Assembly (NCBI GenBank): GCA_944383905.1
Contig: CALWRI010000001.1
Location: 23,766 to 87,765 of the forward strand
From: an uncultured Christensenellaceae bacterium
Lineage (GTDB): Bacteria; Bacillota; Clostridia; Christensenellales; UBA3700
DNA length: 64,000 nt
Direction: 5' to 3'
Of the stretch, positions 60,861 to 64,000 are shown piece by piece (the stretch's first letter is position 1; each line of letters opens with the position of its first letter). The position numbers and the translations under genes were made by a program. The notes under the pieces are model-generated. The model was not told where the DNA came from. It searched no databases and saw only the letters and a list, made by a program, of their open reading frames with translations.

Positions 60861-61493
60861 TTATTGTGCCTTGTAGCTGGTCTTCACGGTAACGATGCCG
60901 CCCTTGTTGCCGGGGATCGCGCCCTTGATGAGCAGCAGGTTGCGCTCTTTGTCCACTCTGACTACGGTCAGATTCTGAACGGTAACTCTTTCGTTACCCC
61001 AATGTCCGGACATCTTCTTGTTCTTGAAAACTCTCGAAGGAGTCGAGTTTGCGCTCAAAGAACCGACGCCTCTGTGGTAACCGGAACCGTGAGCCATAGG
61101 TCCGCAGTGCTGATTCCATCTCTTGATAGCACCCGTGAAGCCCTTACCTTTGGAGATGCCCACAACGTCGACCTTGTCGCCCGCCGCGAACACGTCGCAG
61201 GTGATGTTGCTGCCCACTTCGATGCTCTCCGCATTGTCGAGCCTGAGCTCTCTCAAATGTCTCTTGGGTGCAACGCCTGCCTTGTCGAAATGACCCTTGA
61301 CGGGCTTGGTAACGTTCTTGACCTTGACGTCGCCGAAAGCTACCTGAACTGCGCTGTAACCGTCGTTCTCCTGAGTCTTCTTCTGCACTACGGGGCACGG
61401 ACCCGCTTCGACTACCGTTACCGGTATTACGGTGCCATCCTCGGTGAAGATCTGGCTCATTCCCAATTTCTTTCCAATGATTGCTTTATTCAT
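60861..61493 (-). CDS. rplC: 50S ribosomal protein L3
   Basis: Conserved L3 sequence ([24 protein letters not shown]). Confidence 0.97.
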   Translation of the reverse strand: MNKAIIGKKLGMSQIFTEDGTVIPVTVVEAGPCPVVQKKTQENDGYSAVQVAFGDVKVKNVTKPVKGHFDKAGVAPKRHLRELRLDNAESIEVGSNITCDVFAAGDKVDVVGISKGKGFTGAIKRWNQHCGPMAHGSGYHRGVGSLSANSTPSRVFKNKKMSGHWGNERVTVQNLTVVRVDKERNLLLIKGAIPGNKGGIVTVKTSYKAQ

Positions 61494-61574
61494 AGATAAA
61501 GTTCACCTCCGTATTTATTTCGTCCGCGCTTTTTGGGATAACGCGGAACCGTATTGTTGTCTGTGTTGTTAAGA

Positions 61575-61883
61575 TCAGAGCTTGATCTTGATGTCTACGC
61601 CTGCCGGCAAAGTGAGCTTCATAAGAGCTTCCATAGCCTTTGCGGTGGGGTTGTAGATGTCGATGAGTCTCTTGTGCGTCCTGAGCTCGAACTGCTCGCG
61701 GCTGTCCTTGTACTTGTGTACCGCGCGAAGTATGGTCACGACTTCCTTTTCGGTGGGAAGAGGGATGGGTCCGCTGACCTTTACGCCGCATCTGGTGACG
61801 GTGTCGACGATCTTGCTTGCCGCTTCGTCGATGAGATTGTGATCGTAAGCTCTCAATCTGATTCTGATGATTTGTCCTGCCAT
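61575..61883 (-). CDS. rpsJ: 30S ribosomal protein S10
   Basis: [28 protein letters not shown]. Start at the ATG at 61883 after AGGAG. Confidence 0.97.
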   Translation of the reverse strand: MAGQIIRIRLRAYDHNLIDEAASKIVDTVTRCGVKVSGPIPLPTEKEVVTILRAVHKYKDSREQFELRTHKRLIDIYNPTAKAMEALMKLTLPAGVDIKIKL

Positions 61884-62066
61884 TTTCTTGTTCTCCTTTT
61901 TCCTAACTTTCTTATTCACGCATCCGCGTGTTTCACACCGCGACTTTTATAAAAGGCGTGCAGTTCGCCTTCGTTAGTCGCCCGATTGCCGGACACTTGT
62001 CCGCGGAAATTCTCTGCTTTTTGCAGTAACCTCCCGCTTCATCCCGTTTTTCGCGGTGCACGAAGA

Positions 62067-62095
62067 ATTATATAGGTATATTTATATTAAGTCAA
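62067..62095 (-). promoter_or_regulatory. Consensus sigma-A promoter of the S10 operon
   Basis: Minus strand: TTGACT (62095..62090), 17-nt spacer, TATAAT (62072..62067), giving a leader of about 175 nt before rpsJ. Confidence 0.75.
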
Positions 62096-62189
62096 ATATT
62101 TGGCGTTAAAAATTTTTCAAAGAAATGTAAAATTTATGTAAAATCGTATTTTTTAGGCTTTTTGCCGTATTTTTCATAAATTACAGTTG

Positions 62190-62221
62190 TAAAAACGCGC
62201 CCCCGATCACGGGAGCGCGTC
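62190..62221 (-). terminator. Intrinsic terminator after the DUF1858 gene
   Basis: Minus strand: ACGCGCUCCCG-ugau-CGGGGGCGCGU followed by UUUUUAC. Confidence 0.85.
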
Positions 62222-62238
62222 TCACGTTTTGCGCTTTT

Positions 62239-62439
62239 TCAGCTCCTTGCCGCTTCGTTGAGTCTTTCGACGAGATCGTCCACGTCAACGCCGTGAGCGT
62301 TTGCCGCGTCCTCTACGGTCTCGTTGTGCGCGAGCGCACAGCCCAGGCAATGCATACCCACGCTGAAAAGTACGTTTGCTATCGCATCGACGTTGCCCTG
62401 TTTGAGCGCGTCTGCTATGAGCATATCCTTGGTTATCAT
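62239..62439 (-). CDS. DUF1858 domain protein (hybrid-cluster-protein-associated redox disulfide protein family)
   Basis: MITKDM...GMHCLGC...ETVEDAANAHGVDVDDLVERLN matches the DUF1858 pattern. RBS GGAGGT. Confidence 0.8.
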   Translation of the reverse strand: MITKDMLIADALKQGNVDAIANVLFSVGMHCLGCALAHNETVEDAANAHGVDVDDLVERLNEAARS

Positions 62440-62583
62440 ATTTACCTCCGTCGGGGGATCTCCCCTTTTATTATTATTTATTTTATCAATATTATATATC
62501 GCGTGCCTGCGCTTATACGGCGCGTATCACGCGCATTTTCATTTTATATAATCTTTGACGATATTGCAAGCGTTTTGCCCGCG

Positions 62584-63699
62584 CTACGCCATGAACAACA
62601 TATAAAAAACGTATACGAACAGCGCCGCGACTCCCGCGCAGAACAGCGAGAAAAAGAAGGTCTTTATCGGAGACAGCGGAGCCTTGCCCACCGTCCTGCC
62701 GTTTCTGCCGTTGACGACGAAGCCGTAATCCTTGCCCTTGTAACGGTACGAGCTCGACCATATCGGAGCGAGGACGTACTTGTACTTCGTCTCGTTGAAC
62801 ACTGGATAGACGTTTATGTAGTCCACCCTGTCCGCGTCCGGATACCTGTTTCTTATCTGCGCTCTTACGCTGTCGATCATCAGACCTTTTGCGACTTCCC
62901 AGCTCGCGTCGAGCCCCTGCGAATAGCGTTCCGCCGAATAACCCGACAGATACTCCTCTTCGTATTGGATCGAATTTTTCGTATCGAATCCGCCTATCTT
63001 AACGAGTTTCTTCTGATTTATTTTTGTACTCGCTCCAACGAGAACGTCGTCGAAAAACGAATTGATGGAACCTGACACGTTGTACCATCTGACCCTCGTC
63101 TCCGTGCGCCTGTTCTTGCCGCTGCCGACCGTGACGGTATACGTTTTGCCCAGCCTTGCGTCGTAATTTGCGTGCACATTGGAATCGAAAGTCCACGACG
63201 GGACGTATATCCCGTTCATCTTTGACGTCTTTGCGGTCTTTTTCAGATTGGACGGAGCGAGAAATTTCTTGCCCATCCACTTTTTTAGACTTTCGTGCGC
63301 CTTTTTCTCGGAAATCCTGAAAGGCAGTACCGCGTTGGGTTTCAGACCCGGCAACTCGTCGCTTTCCACGACGTTGGGCGCCCCGCAGAAAGGACATACC
63401 GTAACCGTCTGATACTTTTCGAGCATCGTCTTGGCTCCGCATACGGGGCATTGTATGCACTTGACCTCTCCCCATACGCTGAAACCCTGCTCGGACAACG
63501 AGGTATAATACAATTCCATAGGCGGCGAAGTCGGCGGCACGTCTTTCTCGCAGCCGCAATAATCGCACTTGAGTCTGCCGCAGTCGGGATCGTATTTGAG
63601 AAAATTGCCGCAACCCGGGCATTTGAAAGTGTCGCTTTCAACTTCCTTCGCCGCAGAAACGTCTTTTTTCTCCTCTGCGTTCTCTTTTATCTGACTCAT
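62584..63699 (-). CDS. Multi-zinc-ribbon protein with C-terminal TM anchor (371 aa)
   Basis: CPGCG..x..CDYCG and CPVCG..x..CPFCG ribbons at the N-terminus, a globular middle domain, and a C-terminal hydrophobic helix FFFSLFCAGVAALFVYVFYMLF. Confidence 0.7.
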   Translation of the reverse strand: MSQIKENAEEKKDVSAAKEVESDTFKCPGCGNFLKYDPDCGRLKCDYCGCEKDVPPTSPPMELYYTSLSEQGFSVWGEVKCIQCPVCGAKTMLEKYQTVTVCPFCGAPNVVESDELPGLKPNAVLPFRISEKKAHESLKKWMGKKFLAPSNLKKTAKTSKMNGIYVPSWTFDSNVHANYDARLGKTYTVTVGSGKNRRTETRVRWYNVSGSINSFFDDVLVGASTKINQKKLVKIGGFDTKNSIQYEEEYLSGYSAERYSQGLDASWEVAKGLMIDSVRAQIRNRYPDADRVDYINVYPVFNETKYKYVLAPIWSSSYRYKGKDYGFVVNGRNGRTVGKAPLSPIKTFFFSLFCAGVAALFVYVFYMLFMA

Positions 63700-63721
63700 G
63701 TCTCCCCTCCCGAGATGTGTT

Positions 63722-64000
63722 TTACTTTATCTTCGCGCCGCAGTCGGGACAGAACTTCGTGCCTGCGGGGACTTCTTTACCGCACTTCGGGCAGGTCTTT
63801 GCCGCGAGGCTTGCGCCGCATTCAGGGCAGAACTTCGTGCCCGCGGGAACGGATTTGCCGCACGACGGGCATTTTGCTCCCGCCGCGGAGATCGCCTTGC
63901 CGCAATCGGGACAGAACTTGCTGCCCGCCTTTATTTTCGCGCCGCAGTGAGGGCAGGTGGCGCCCGCCGCTCCCGAAGTCGCTCCCGCCATGCCTTCGGC
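63722..64000 (-). CDS. Zinc-ribbon repeat protein, C-terminal part (frame open to the window edge, 5' end probably outside the window)
   Basis: Tandem CP-x-CG-x7-9-KFCP-[DE]-CG double ribbons. No stop codon between the first ATG (63991) and position 64000. Confidence 0.6.
   Translation of the reverse strand, partial: AEGMAGATSGAAGATCPHCGAKIKAGSKFCPDCGKAISAAGAKCPSCGKSVPAGTKFCPECGASLAAKTCPKCGKEVPAGTKFCPDCGAKIK

Overview
Chromosomal segment from a moderately GC-rich Firmicutes (Clostridia-like) genome. No mobile elements, CRISPR arrays or rRNA genes are visible. About 85 features are supported. Layout: (1) 1-9.9 kb is an accessory-looking region. It holds a translationally coupled pair of small Cys-rich paralogous proteins, tRNA-Ser(GCU), membrane proteins, a frameshifted gene remnant, Nudix, metallophosphoesterase and GH31 genes, a zinc-ribbon membrane protein, and pcrA behind a promoter carrying a LexA-like box. 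(2) 10-28.7 kb is a large nitrogen-assimilation locus built around one divergent control region (23135-23440). On the minus strand, eight tightly packed genes run glnN(GS type III)-asnB-guaA-pyrG-carA-carB-dapF-dapL. On the plus strand sit a three-part archaeal-type glutamate synthase, a second glutamine synthetase and an ANTAR-domain regulator. Both leaders have a near-consensus promoter running directly into a terminator hairpin, and the two hairpins share a 5' arm motif. (3) 28.7-46 kb holds azlCD, a YegP-like gene and a clan GH-D-like glycosidase. It also holds a 7-gene operon (YgbA-like Cys-rich protein, lipoprotein, CydDC-like heterodimeric ABC exporter, MptD-like ECF S component, EcfT, fused EcfA) preceded by two copies of a perfect 16-bp palindrome. 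Further genes are an OYE/FAD oxidoreductase, acpP, a minimal Sfp-type PPTase overlapping malQ, and an alpha/beta hydrolase. (4) 46-62 kb is the complete S10-spc-alpha ribosomal protein cluster on the minus strand, including rpmJ and rpmD, which are missing from the ORF track. (5) 62-64 kb holds a DUF1858 protein and two zinc-ribbon-rich proteins, the last of which is open at the window edge. The most interesting signal is the paired leader attenuators of the nitrogen locus together with the pseudo-receiver ANTAR regulator. All functional calls come from reading the translations and the DNA by eye. No database search was run.
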